A stretch of 63,650 nucleotides of DNA, the filler included, from Octopus bimaculoides (taxonomy: Eukaryota), in NCBI RefSeq assembly GCF_001194135.2. It is 7 parts of 6 records of this genome, joined end to end, with 100 filler letters (N's around TTAATTAATTAA, not from the genome) between each part and the next. Parts side by side here need not be neighbours in the genome. Positions count along the whole stretch, not along the records: positions 21,068 to 32,916 come from NC_068990.1; positions 33,017 to 43,862 come from NC_068983.1; 5 more parts are not named here. One strand, given 5' to 3'. The stretch's first letter is position 1. The number at the start of each line of letters is the position of its first letter. The notes under the pieces were generated by a model. It ran no database searches. It had not been told where the DNA came from and saw only the letters and a list, made by a program, of their open reading frames with translations. The position numbers and the translations under genes were made by a program. Below, piece by piece: positions 23,173 to 35,700 of this stretch.

Positions 23173-23400
23173 CCTTGTGGAATTCAACAATTTCGTGGAG
23201 TTGTTTTTGGATAGTTGTATTTTTGGTATTATGGACGAAGCAATGCGTCGAAAGTTCAACATCACAGCACCGTCCCGTTTTATTGCACTCCCTCGAAAAG
23301 CAGATACTAACCACGAGAAGTATAATAGCCATGGAGACAATCACCTAACTGAACACCCAAATGACGTCAGCCAACCAGTGACAAAATCATTTTAAATAAA
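23173..23400 (+). CDS. Candidate terminal coding exon of an unidentified plus-strand gene
   Basis: Strong acceptor tctattttgtcgtttttttcAG. The phase-2 frame LVEFNNFVELFLDSCIFGIMDEAMRRKFNIT...VTKSF* ends at 23395 and overlaps AATAAA at 23395-23400. The phase-1 frame is also open for about 58 codons. Confidence 0.5.
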
Positions 23401-24214
23401 ACCAACTTCTTAAGCATATGTCTAAATCATGAACCAGCAGTTGTAACTTGTTTATATATTTTTCCTTGACAGGTTCTGTGGATTCATATTTTAGAAATAT
23501 CATCATTGAACGCTGAATCCATGCATTTGTACCTTATTGTTGTAATTATTGACATTTGAAGATCGGGATTTATTCAAGCAAAGGTATATATTAACTGATA
23601 ACAGAGGGAGAATAAATGTTATACTTTCTTGTAAAGTTTTTTTTTTTTTATTCTGAAGCAATGTTAACCTTGACTATATGTTTTAATTGGAAAAAGTGAA
23701 GATAACCAAATCCCATTGCAGATTCTGGACATGATAATTCTCGTCTACAGAAACAGATTTACAATTAAGCAAGATAATACATTTTCATCAGAGTAAAAAC
23801 CGACATTTATGATTTTTGTCATTGCGACAGTTATCAAAAGTATGAAATAAGATGTATGTCTTAGTAAAGAAGAAGATCAGTATTGAATGATTTTCTAAAA
23901 ATAAATATGTAGTTTTTATGATGTAAAAACGGTAGGAGCAAATAAAAGAAAGGATTCTTATGAGATTCAAACACCAATAGTTGAAATAATGCTTGAGGAT
24001 AGACACATGATTAATAAATAGTTCGTCCCAGGAATATATTGGTAACGTAGAGTAAACATATTTCGATTACAGGAAATGTGCAAAAAACTATTTTAAGCAG
24101 ACGTTGTGGGAGAGTATCACAGGCATGTGCTGAGCTGGATGTTTGGGGGTTTGAATAATTCATTTTTGGAAACATGGGTGTTTCGTTCATCATCCTTAGA
24201 CAGATCTTATTCGG

Positions 24215-24432
24215 GGACCTTTTACCTGAAGAAAATTATAATTGGATCTCACCTGCAAGGTCATGCGCTATTCATCTTGATATGAGATCACTCTGTCGCG
24301 CAGTTATAGTTGTGATGCACGTGCTTGGTGTACCCTTATCAGACGAGTAGTCATGATGGGTATATTGGGCTTCGTATATTTGCACTCCAGGGTCAATTTC
24401 ATGGAATGCATTGCTCTCTCCCTCAATAATAA
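24215..24432 (+). mobile_element. Truncated 3' end of an interspersed repeat with (AAT)n tail
   Basis: GGTGTACCCTTATCAGACG.GTAGTCATGATGGGTATA..CTCTCTC.CTCAATAATAAT resembles an octopus repeat I recall; not verified. Confidence 0.4.
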
Positions 24433-25637
24433 TGTTAATTAGTTTTAGCATAAATATTACGTCACAGATTTTGTCGGCGGAAAGTGTTTGTTATACAGAA
24501 TCATAGTATATGTATAGTGAGATTTTATCGGCACCAAAAGTTAGAAAGCAAGATAAATCACGATGTCAGTACTAATTACTATTACTACTAACAAACAGCG
24601 ATAGCTAAAATTTGATACAAAACAGAAATCATAGCCTTAATAACAGAATTCGTGAGAATGACTATAACAAATGCGAACAAAAATAAAATACCTCCTAACT
24701 TAGAAATATACACAACACAGGATATGCCATTAGAAGGGCGCTCGACGATATCACGTAGAGTAATTAGAAATAAAACAAACAATACACAGTCTAAAGAGTT
24801 GAGATTCTTTGCTCGGTGAAGGCAGGAAATAGTAATACAAAAGTGGTTATTTCTCATATAAGCATAATGCCAAAAATTTAATGGGGTAGAGAAATAGGTG
24901 GTGAGGGAGAGAGAGAGAGAGAGTGAGAGAAAGAGTTAGTCTATTCACTCACCCCCTACTATTGATCAGTACTTTATTGTATCTGGAGAGATTGAAGGCA
25001 AATTTGCTCTGGGAAAGATTTGAAATCTCAGCAATAAAGAAAAGAAAAATGGAAAAATACATCCACGCATTTTGCCCGATGTTGTAATGTTTCGAAAAAT
25101 CCACCACCTTTAAACTGCTAGAATATTAATAATCATTAGCAGGATCCTTGGAAATTCAAAATATTTAAAAATATTATGTTAGTGTATTAAACACACGTCA
25201 TTTGAAATCCTGCCATTTAATGAACACTATACTTTAAAATATAATTGAAATGAAACTAGAAGGTAAAGTTTATTTACATTCTTTTAGTATGTTTGACAGA
25301 TATGATGTGCTTCATAGTTTAAGGAAATAAAAGGTGAACTGATAACATTTATTCATATATGTTGATTAAATGTTTATTATTTACAATCTTTATTACATAT
25401 TTACAAAATAAATACAAGCTATATTTCGTATGATTATGATATGTACATAGGAAAAACATGAGCTTACTGAATTAGATACAATCATTCTAAATCATAAATG
25501 GGACTATACAGTTTGCTTGTGACATACTTATATACATAGCAATACAAAACATGAACAGATTTAAATGAATATAAAAGAAACTATTCTATATGGACACATA
25601 AAATACTTCAGGAATTTTATGAACTGAATATAATTAA

Positions 25638-25706
<69 letters not shown>

Positions 25707-25722
25707 ATCTATCTATCTATAT
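25638..25722. repeat. (TATC)n microsatellite; others at about 46555-46620 and 47215-47428
   Basis: Direct inspection. Confidence 0.95.
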
Positions 25723-25972
25723 ACATAAATTTGTCTATCTGTGTGTCTAATTAGCTATCATATCTACTTTCCCTTCTGCGAATTTACGCACCTGTCTACT
25801 TTCATAATACCGATAAGCATTTAGACCTAAAAAAAAAGAATAATGACAGTCTCTAGCTACAGCCTTTGGTTTGGAACACGTAAAATAAAATATGTGTAAC
25901 ATCCACAGCTGTTAGCTCACTAAAGTTATTTAACTTTTAATTGACTACCGATGTATCTTTTAATGCTTAAAC

Positions 25973-26599
25973 TTATAGATCTTCATGATATTGTCGCATT
26001 ATGTCAAACATTTCGACTGCGCCTGCGTTTTGAACGTACAAAGGCAGAATGATACAGGTCACTTTTCTCTTTCCTCTCATCTCTCTGTCTCTCTTCTCTA
26101 CATATATATTTATCTCCATTAGAGTTATTGTCTCACTTGGCGTAACACACAGACAAAGCTGAAAGACCGCAAGAACAATAAGATTCATATTATAATTATA
26201 CATTTTATTGACCACAACGGATCAAATATATAATGCAAAAAAAGAAAATAACGAATGTTCATGTGCAATAACCAATGAGCGAGGCAAAATCGTTATATAT
26301 TATGTTGGAGAAGGTTTCAAATTTAGTAGGACAAACAAAAGACAGACCTTCTACCGAAAGCTATAAAGCCATCATATATGTATCATCAGAGTACCCAACG
26401 ACTCGGATCGGCTTACGTTAGTTTTGATACCACGGCCCTCCAAACTGAGACTAGTATCTTTGACCGACCCACGAAATACCCAACATAACTTGTAGAGTGT
26501 TTTAGTCGCTATGTTTTCGTAGGCCAACTCTGCGCTCAGCAAATTTCCCAAAGTTGACAACAAGCCAAGACTGAACGTCGCAATCGTATTCCAGCCCAT
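25973..26599 (-). CDS. Candidate 3-exon gene (26599-26417, 26158-26137, 26022-25973), 84-aa protein with a signal-like N-terminus and C-terminal HEDL
   Basis: ATG context acactcATGG. Donors AAC|GTAAGC and CCAA|GTGAGA; acceptors ttcttgcggtctttcAG and tttgtacgttcaaaacgcAG. Phases 0 and 1 join without a frameshift. Confidence 0.4.
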
Positions 26600-27567
26600 G
26601 AGTGTTGCATTGTTTGTTATGTACTGCAGTGGGTATCTGTGGGAAGTACCAGCTCTGCTTGACTCCGCGTCTCTGTCTTAATTAGCGGGTATAAACTTCT
26701 ATAAGTTCTGCCATATATATCTCCAGTCACAAAAGCATATACGTAGATCCGAATATCCTCCAATATCTTTTCGAGTAAGTATTAAAATTTCCACATTTCG
26801 ATATTCTTAACCCCTGTCCCCTGACACCGGCCGCTTTCTTTGCGATTTGTTGGACAAATTTCTCGCTAAAGACGCATCTGTGTTTTTTTTTCTTGTTACG
26901 CTTGCTTACGTCTCCAAATTTTTACCTTTTTCTGGAGTTGATTGGTGTCTAGTAATTCTTTCTCTTTACAATGTGAGCAACGGTTATGCTGTTCCTGATA
27001 AAGGTGACATTTTTGTTCACATATATATCTGAATTTTTGCCATTATTTTTCCTTTTTTTCTGGTAGTTAGATTATAGCACTCTGTGTCAGTAAATGTGTT
27101 TTTGTGTAATTCCTATTCTTCTGTCAATCGTTTTTTATTAATATTTTTTTGCTTATTAAAAAAAATCGAAGGCGCTAGAGTACATTCACTATTACAAGGC
27201 TTATAATGAGCACGTTTGCTCCTGCCTCTGAGATAACCCGAGAGAACTACAAACATACAAGACAAAAGAACCTTTTGCAGAAATATTGGCACGCAATAAA
27301 AATGTCGAAGGGTGAGCAGTTTTTATATTTTATGCCAGATATTAACGAGAATATTTAAATATTCTAAAGTTCTTTGTTTTGAAAACAAAATTCTAAAACG
27401 AAATCTATAAATAAAACAAGAAAATAACAAGAAACATTCAATAAATAATCCTGGAACATGATATCTTCCAAAGGGTCTCTGCGAAATATCACTGCAAAAA
27501 CATGACAACAACAGAAAGGGCACTACTGCTGCTGGTGATGGTGGTGGTGGCGGTGGTGCTGCTGCTG

Positions 27568-27632
<65 letters not shown>

Positions 27633-28129
27633 GCTACTACTGTTTCTACTATTGCTTGTCCCTAATCCACCACCACTTCATCATACTCTTTCACTTCCTC
27701 CACCAACAATCACCACCTCTTCCTCCTCCACCTCCTCCTACTACTACTACTGATAATAATAATGGTGATGATGATGATGATGATAATAATAAAGATAATG
27801 ATTTGATGAAGAAATAAACAAATGAAGACAGGAGATTGTCACTGTGCTAAATCCATGATTGGTTTTCTCATTTGCATACACGCATAGAAGCCATACACAG
27901 CAGGGACTCAGACACACGCACATGAACGTTGAACCTCCCACATAATAAACATTGAAGAAAATCTGGAATTTATTCTGTCTCATTATTCAAACAGATATTC
28001 CGTATCTGCAACCTTCAAGACATTCAATGCAGATGTAGGAATTATAATTAATGGTAATTTCTGATAACTGTTTAATTTAAAAATTGCAGAGATTTCTATC
28101 ATTTTCATTGCGTCACGTACATGGAATAC

Positions 28130-28171
28130 CTGGAATATATGGGATCATTGTGGCTACTCAAAATAGTTGCT
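28130..28171 (-). CDS. Candidate 42-nt exon (phase 2 to 2; ATILSSHNDPIYS)
   Basis: Acceptor ttgttctcgttcaatacAG and donor CCAG|GTATTC. Only one frame is open. Confidence 0.3.
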
Positions 28172-28563
28172 CTGTATTGAACGAGAACAACAACAACAAC
28201 AACACACACACATACACTTAGACACGCGCAAATGCTCACACACGGACACACAGGAACACATAGCCAAGAGCAGATATATGCACATAGACACTGCCATGCA
28301 AGAACGAAAAGAAAAACACTGCAAAACACAGGAAATAGATCAGTAAGAGAAATCATGGCCGGGACATGATTGGCTGCTTGATAAGGAAGACTGAGTTGCA
28401 ATTACGGTGTATAAAGTTCAACCCCATTGAGCCGCGTCTTGGGTAAACAACTTCAATTCTAGCCTCAGCTTGACTAAAGTCTTTTGAGTGAAATTCAAGG
28501 AATAATAACAGAGCAGAAAGTAATCATTTATGTATGTATATATGTAGCTATCTCAGTATGTAC

Positions 28564-28599
<36 letters not shown>

Positions 28600-29250
28600 N
28601 NNNNNNNNNNNNNNNNNNNNNNNNNNNNNNNNNNNNNNNNNNNNNNNNNNNNNNNNNNNNNNNNNNNNNNNNNNNNNNNNNNNNNNNNNNNNNNNNNNNN
28701 NNNNNNNNNNNNNNNNNNNNNNNNNNNNNNNNNNNNNNNNNNNNNNNNNNNNNNNNNNNNNNNNNNNNNNNNNNNNNNNNNNNNNNNNNNNNNNNNNNNN
28801 NNNNNNNNNNNNNNNNNNNNNNNNNNNNNNNNNNNNNNNNNNNNNNNNNNNNNNNNNNNNNNNNNNNNNNNNNNNNNNNNNNNNNNNNNNNNNNNNNNNN
28901 NNNNNNNNNNNNNNNNNNNNNNNNNNNNNNNNNNNNNNNNNNNNNNNNNNNNNNNNNNNNNNNNNNNNNNNNNNNNNNNNNNNNNNNNNNNNNNNNNNNN
29001 NNNNNNNNNNNNNNNNNNNNNNNNNNNNNNNNNNNNNNNNNNNNNNNNNNNNNNNNNNNNNNNNNNNNNNNNNNNNNNNNNNNNNNNNNNNNNNNNNNNN
29101 NNNNNNNNNNNNNNNNNNNNNNNNNNNNNNNNNNNNNNNNNNNNNNNNNNNNNNNNNNNNNNNNNNNNNNNNNNNNNNNNNNNNNNNNNNNNNNNNNNNN
29201 NNNNNNNNNNNNNNNNNNNNNNNNNNNNNNNNNNNNNNNNNNNNNNNNNN

Positions 29251-29284
<34 letters not shown>

Positions 29285-29370
29285 TGGATGGATGGATAGA
29301 TAGATAGTTAGATTAAAATGCGGCATTTGACATGTGTGCATAAAAGCACACATATTTGTATCGTTGGCAG

Positions 29371-29511
29371 ACAAGAGAAGTCTGCCTTGGGCGCAGGAAT
29401 TGCCTGATCACGTGATTTCGACCGAAAGCGTCTCTTCAGTCAACGCTGTCCGCTCGCTGCATAGCAGCCAAATCACAGTCAACGATATATATAATCACTG
29501 TGACTATTCAG
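29371..29511 (+). CDS. Candidate 141-nt symmetric exon (phase 1 to 1)
   Basis: Acceptor atatttgtatcgttggcAG and donor TTCAG|GTACTG. Only the frame DKRSLPWAQELPDHVISTESVSSVNAVRSLHSSQITVNDIYNHCDYS is open. GC is higher than the flanks. Confidence 0.45.
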
Positions 29512-30629
29512 GTACTGATGTTACTCCTAGCCAGTAGGCATTGTGAAGCTGAATACAAAAGATTGCCGTTTGTCATTAATACTACTCTGTTGGTATTGGG
29601 AAACGCATTCTGGATTTTTATATAGTTTTTATTATAATTTACTTAGAATGATTAAAAGCGTTCTGCGAATATTCTCTATTGCAGAAAAAAACAGAAATAA
29701 TCCGAATGTACCGAACTCTAAATACTACGTACTCTTGTCTGACGATGCTTACATACAAAAACGTACACACAAATGCGCGGGCACACACACACATACATAT
29801 ATATGGAGAAATTATAGTATTGAAAAGTGAACACTCGAACGTAGGAAGAATACATCTAAGGTATCATTTAGAAAAATTGTTATCTCAAAATTAGTGCAAA
29901 ATCAGTGATATGAATTGAAAATGACTTCAGAGGGCAGGGAAACAATATGGTTAGCGAAATGGAGAAAAGGATGTAAAGGTGTTTGGAACTCATTAATGCG
30001 TGTGTACATGTGTTTGTAGTTAGTGAAGAAAATGTGGTGCAGTAAAAGTCCTGTAACGGATGCTCCTCGTTTCCCGAATACCACAGTATTGTTGTTTAAA
30101 CAGTGTTCATGACTATATATTTAACTATTGCTTGCACGGTTGTCGCGTTTAGCCCTTGTAGCTAGAAGCTTTTTCGGATGTCTAAATAGAATGTACAACA
30201 AAGCCTCTTTGCTTCGAGAATTTCAGCCATTACTATGTTGCATTTACGTGATACTTAAAGGATTGGTTTTTGATCAACATAAATCACGGATTCAGTGTTG
30301 CAAGGCTTATATCCTGGACATACTTTGATGTTTCTACGTAAGCATTGCTCTACAGTTTTAGCGTGACTGGCTACAGCCTTATACAGGAATAGAGAAAACG
30401 TTAAAAGTGGATTTATTGATGAGTCATTGCAGCTTAATTTAATGTTCCGTTTGTTTAAAAGCTTTCTACATTTTTGGGTGGCAGAGAAGTGCTTGTCTAT
30501 TAAGGTTTGAAGCGTTTATGAGATATTTCAGTTAACATCGATTCAAGAAGTATTTGTGAAACATATGCTATTACAGAGAAGAGAAAGAGAGAGAGAGAGA
30601 GAGGAACAGAGAGAGAGAGAGAGAGAGAG

Positions 30630-30671
<42 letters not shown>

Positions 30672-31229
30672 AGAGAGTCTCTTAGTTTGGTTTGTGAGTA
30701 ATAGCAATAGGTAATTTTTTTCTTTGAATTCTCTGGCTAGTAAAATGTTATTTTAAGGGAGGTTGCCATATCGAAAATATCCTCATTTGATTATATTTCG
30801 TGAAATGCAGACATTTTGAGAGGAACCTATTAGGGAACTGCATCGCACTACCTTCACTTCGTTCTCTACTTACAAATGCATGAATTTCAACTTTGTTACA
30901 TTTTCCCTCCTTTTCTTTACATATATTATTTTCTTCTCCCTTTTCTCGAATTTTCTTTATATTTCTCTTTAACGCTTTTACTTCCTTCTATCCGCTTCTC
31001 CCATTAAAACTCTCTTCACTTACACCATTACTTGTATGCAACATTTCCTTTAATGTATTTCCGTTCCCTTAATGTATTTCTGTCGCACATTCTCACTAAA
31101 AAAACCCTCCATCCAACCATCTTTTCCGCCCACTATTCTTAGATTTTTTTTTTTGCAAAGTTCGACTCCTCAGGCACATCCTCCATGTCATCCTATCAGA
31201 AGTAACCGTCATTAAATTTTCCGGCTAGA

Positions 31230-31480
31230 TTTGCGAGGGCGACCAATTACGACTATGGATATCGTTTAATTATCTCTTTCTTAGTCTATTCTTAGGTCTC
31301 CTGCCAGTTAGTTCACCTTGTAAAATCCAACTTGTTAATCTTTCTAATCACATGTCCGTAGCACAAGAGCTCAGTCCAGAGAAGTAGTACCTTGATCTTG
31401 AGACACTACATACCGTGTCGAATAATGTGGCTCCAGCCATTCGTTCGGAGGAACGTTATTTCGGCCACATGATTTGGCTC
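31230..31480 (-). mobile_element. RTE-like LINE 3' remnant
   Basis: The minus strand gives CYGHVIRK..ILQGELTGRRPKNRLRKR across frameshifts, matching WFGHVxR..ILxGxxxGxRxxGRPRKRW. Confidence 0.5.
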
Positions 31481-31691
31481 TCTTTCGCCCATTATCACCA
31501 AAATCTGTTAGACGAATTACCACTTTTAAAGACCATATGCGTTCAGGTATCATACAAACGTACACGCACAGGTACATATGCATACATAGATATATACACA
31601 TACATGCATATATACATATGTATACATACACACACACACACACATACACACACACACATATATATATATGTATACAGATAGATAGATGTTC

Positions 31692-31733
<42 letters not shown>

Positions 31734-32340
31734 NNNNNNNNNNTTTATTTATTTATTTATACATACATATGTTTGTGTGCCTGTGCGCGCGCATGAGCGC
31801 CGTGGAGTTTTATACATGCAGAGACATGAATGCATACAGTGAGACTCTCATACATGCGCACGGAACCATAAACATGTTGTGAGAAAGGAGATGGACCTAA
31901 GTCTGACCGAATGTGACTATGGTAAAACATGAAGGTGTTACGCTACGCCATCTAGAGAAAGAACGAAACGGGGCCCAAATCATTCTGACTTACTTCATTT
32001 CTCAGGGATGTAATATATATATATATATACATATAATTTCTAAACAAAATATCCTTCAGATAATCTTCTGTAGGAATAGGTTATCTTAAAATATAATCTT
32101 ATTGTTAATACGAATACATCACAATGGTAAGATTAATCCTGGGTTTAATGGAGGAAAGTGATTTGGCATACAAGTCGATTAAGGATATACGACTTTATTT
32201 ATAATCTAACCTCTTCTGATGGTATTAGAGAAGAGAGGGAGAGAGAGAAAGAGAGAGATGCACACGCTCGTATATGAAAACATATGTCTATTTATATGTG
32301 TGCATGCATATACATTCATATGTATGAATATATATATATC

Positions 32341-32432
<92 letters not shown>

Positions 32433-32602
32433 TTACCTTTTACTTATCTCAGTCATTAGACTGCGGCACCACAAAACCGGTTTAACTTTTTAAAGCTAAT
32501 AGTATTGTAAATAGCTACAACATTATTCATCGAAGTTTCGTACAGAACTAAGGTACTGCCATTTTCTTAACCCCAAGATCTGTATACCTATCTGGTTTCA
32601 GA

Positions 32603-32653
32603 CTGGTATACAATATTTACTGTACTGATGAAGGGAAATAATCCTGAAACCAG
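32603..32653 (+). ncRNA. Hammerhead ribozyme, complete type III fold
   Basis: Stem III CTGGT (32603-07) with ACCAG (32649-53); GUA triplet with cleavage after 32608; stem I TACA/TGTA with an 8-nt loop; CTGATGA at 32625-31; stem II AGGG/TCCT with a 6-nt loop; GAAA at 32646-49. Confidence 0.7.
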
Positions 32654-32822
32654 ACTCGTCACCGCTTGATGGCAGGGTTTACTTACTTGTTTGTAATATA
32701 TCAGACACAGGTTGTGTCATTAAACAGGCCGAATTTTTAAAAAATGTTAGTGAGGTAGTTCCATATGCAATGGAAAAGTTGCAGTGGCAACAAACATTAC
32801 TCATATATATATATATATATAG

Positions 32823-32857
<35 letters not shown>

Positions 32858-32877
32858 CATACACGCACAAACATATA

Positions 32878-32916
<39 letters not shown>

Positions 32917-33179
32917 NNNNNNNNNNNNNNNNNNNNNNNNNNNNNNNNNNNNNNNNNNNNTTAATTAATTAANNNNNNNNNNNNNNNNNNNNNNNNNNNN
33001 NNNNNNNNNNNNNNNNACTTGAACAAAACTGTACAAATCCAAATATATGGTACCCTAGGCATAACACCTACATGAACTTCTAACTTGTCTCTTGAGGTCT
33101 CTGGGTGAGACTCGGATCCAACTTGTACAAATGCAAAACAAAAGTCAAACATAAAATAATAATAATAAACTTGGGAGGT

Positions 33180-33362
33180 TAAGCAGTTGTGGTCGATGAA
33201 AAAGGTGGTAGTAGTACCAATAATTATCGGATCCTTGAGAATAGTGAGTAAAAATCTTGAGAGGTACATGGAACAAATAGGTGATGCAATGAGGGCAGAC
33301 CACTTGCAGAAAACAGCACTGCTTGAAACCGCTCTAATGCTCCGGAAGGTGTTCGAAAAATA
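33180..33362 (+). mobile_element. R4/Dong-like RLE LINE, C-terminal remnant
   Basis: KQLWSMKKVVVVPIIIGSLRIVSKNLERYMEQIG..HLQKTALLETALMLRKVFEK* matches VVPVVIGALG..LQKTALLGTARILR. Confidence 0.75.
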
Positions 33363-33726
33363 AAAGCTTGAAAAAAGTTATTAAATCTATTCTATCCAAC
33401 GCTCTCTGAAAGGCAGACACAGCATGCCACCGTGGATGTGCATGCTCGCACACACGCTGAAGCCGCTCCATCTCCCGACCTTCCTGGACGAGCTGCGCGC
33501 GCGTGCATGCGCCTTTCTGCCATTCTTCACTTTGAGAGAAGTGCCACCTCGGTCAAGTACGGACCAGGACTTTTATGGCGGGGTGACATCTAGAATGCTG
33601 TCAGACACTTTATTTGTGTATTAAGGTTAATGCACAAATAAAGAATCTTTATCTACAAATGCGCAGTTGAGTTCTCATTCCCATTGCTTATGTTAACTAG
33701 AGTATGAGAGTGGTTTAACTATCATG

Positions 33727-34185
33727 TCTAGCAATGTAGGTGTTTATTTATACCCTAGTCACATTTAGTGACATTTGTAATTATCTTTTTTTGGTGAAAC
33801 ATTGCAAACTGCTGTTTATATTAATTTTATGCACATTAGCGAATCGCTAAATCATCCAATTATTTGGATGACGAAAACATAAATACTAAATGTGAAGTGA
33901 GTCTAGAAAGACTAGAACAGTCGAGCGCTCTTAACTGATGAGTCAACGGAAATTGTCAAAACTGACTCGTCAGTATTAAGAATTCTCGATCGGCGCTATT
34001 CGGACGATTATAGTCCGTTTTAGTTTATATGTTTTTCATTCATGTGCGTTAACTGCAGCATTAGAGCCGTTTGGTTCTTATTTCTAGCAATGTAGGTATT
34101 TCCTAACACCCTAGTCACATTTAGTGACATTTGTAATTCTCCTATTTGGTGAAACATTGCAAACTGATGTTTATATTAATCTTAT
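33727..34185. repeat. About 104-bp direct repeat pair (33727-33830, 34083-34185) enclosing hairpins
   Basis: TCTAGCAATGTAGG..CCCTAGTCACATTTAGTGACATTTGTAA..TTGGTGAAACATTGCAAACTG.TGTTTATATTAAT occurs twice, 356 bp apart. Confidence 0.85.
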
Positions 34186-34967
34186 ACGTATATGTATATA
34201 TATATATATATATATNNNNNNNNNNNNNNNNNNNNNNNNNNNNNNNNNNNNNNNNNNNNNNNNNNNNNNNNNNNNNNNNNNNNNNNNNNNNNNNNNNNNN
34301 NNNNNNNNNNNNNNNNNNNNNNNNNNNNNNNNNNNNNNNNNNNNNNNNNNNNNNNNNNNNNNNNNNNNNNNNNNNNNNNNNNNNNNNNNNNNNNNNNNNN
34401 NNNNNNNNNNNNNNNNNNNNNNNNNNNNNNNNNNNNNNNNNNNNNNNNNNNNNNNNNNNNNNNNNNNNNNNNNNNNNNNNNNNNNNNNNNNNNNNNNNNN
34501 NNNNNNNNNNNNNNNNNNNNNNNNNNNNNNNNNNNNNNNNNNNNNNNNNNNNNNNNNNNNNNNNNNNNNNNNNNNNNNNNNNNNNNNNNNNNNNNNNNNN
34601 NNNNNNNNNNNNNNNNNNNNNNNNNNNNNNNNNNNNNNNNNNNNNNNNNNNNNNNNNNNNNNNNNNNNNNNNNNNNNNNNNNNNNNNNNNNNNNNNNNNN
34701 NNNNNNNNNNNNNNNNNNNNNNNNNNNNNNNNNNNNNNNNNNNNNNNNNNNNNNNNNNNNNNNNNNNNNNNNNNNNNNNNNNNNNNNNNNNNNNNNNNNN
34801 NNNNNNNNNNNNNNNNNNNNNNNNNNNNNNNNNNNNNNNNNNNNNNNNNGTTTTTTAAAACTCTTATTTCTATCAATGTAGGTGATACTCTGTACTGTCA
34901 GTCATGATCAGTTACAATTGAACTTTTCCTGTTTGGTTTCATATTGTGTTTATCCAAGTTCATTATC

Positions 34968-35009
<42 letters not shown>

Positions 35010-35634
35010 ACGGTGGGTTTCTTTCAGTTTGCGTCTACCAAATCTACTCATAAGGTTTGGACGGCCCGAAGATATAAAACAAAAGACACTTGACCAAAGT
35101 ACCACGCAGTGGGGCTAAACTCTGGACCATGTGGTTGGCAAATCAATATTTATTTTCTCTTAGACAAACGTTTTAACTGAAGATCGACAGAAAATTATCT
35201 TCTGCAAGAACTTTTATATTCCAAAGAAGATGGAGAATGAAAATCTGTAAGACAATTACGTCATTCTGAAATATAAAACATTAAAATGTTTTATATTTCT
35301 TTGAAAGAAAACGGGCACAATATATGCTTTATAAATATAAAGAAAAATGTAAATAGAAAAGGGCATAGAGATTTGAATAAGAGAAAAAAATATGGAAATG
35401 ATAGAGTCAAATGTAATGATTGATGGAAGTTTCACTAAACTATATTTCTTAAAGAATCGTGTAAGGTAAGTCGAAAATATATCATTAAATTATCACACCG
35501 TTCACTGTTCAGACAGCAAGCTAAAGAGAACAACGTTAAAAGTGCAAGGCTATTAAATTTAACGTAAACTTCTGTGCACGTATACACACTTACATACCTA
35601 CATATATAACATATAACATAAGCAAATCGCAATC

Positions 35635-35700
<66 letters not shown>

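Noticed and set aside
24588-24857. Hydrophobic 89-aa ORF resembling a membrane protein (also 59309-59515)
   Set aside because: T-rich sequence translates as hydrophobic residues, and there are no receptor motifs or supporting splice structure.
29902-30084. ORF containing QTPLH, a possible ankyrin exon
   Set aside because: The rest of the ankyrin consensus is missing and there are no suitable splice sites. The neighbouring 30130-30400 looks more like a very decayed RT (YLDIRKSF), too weak to call.
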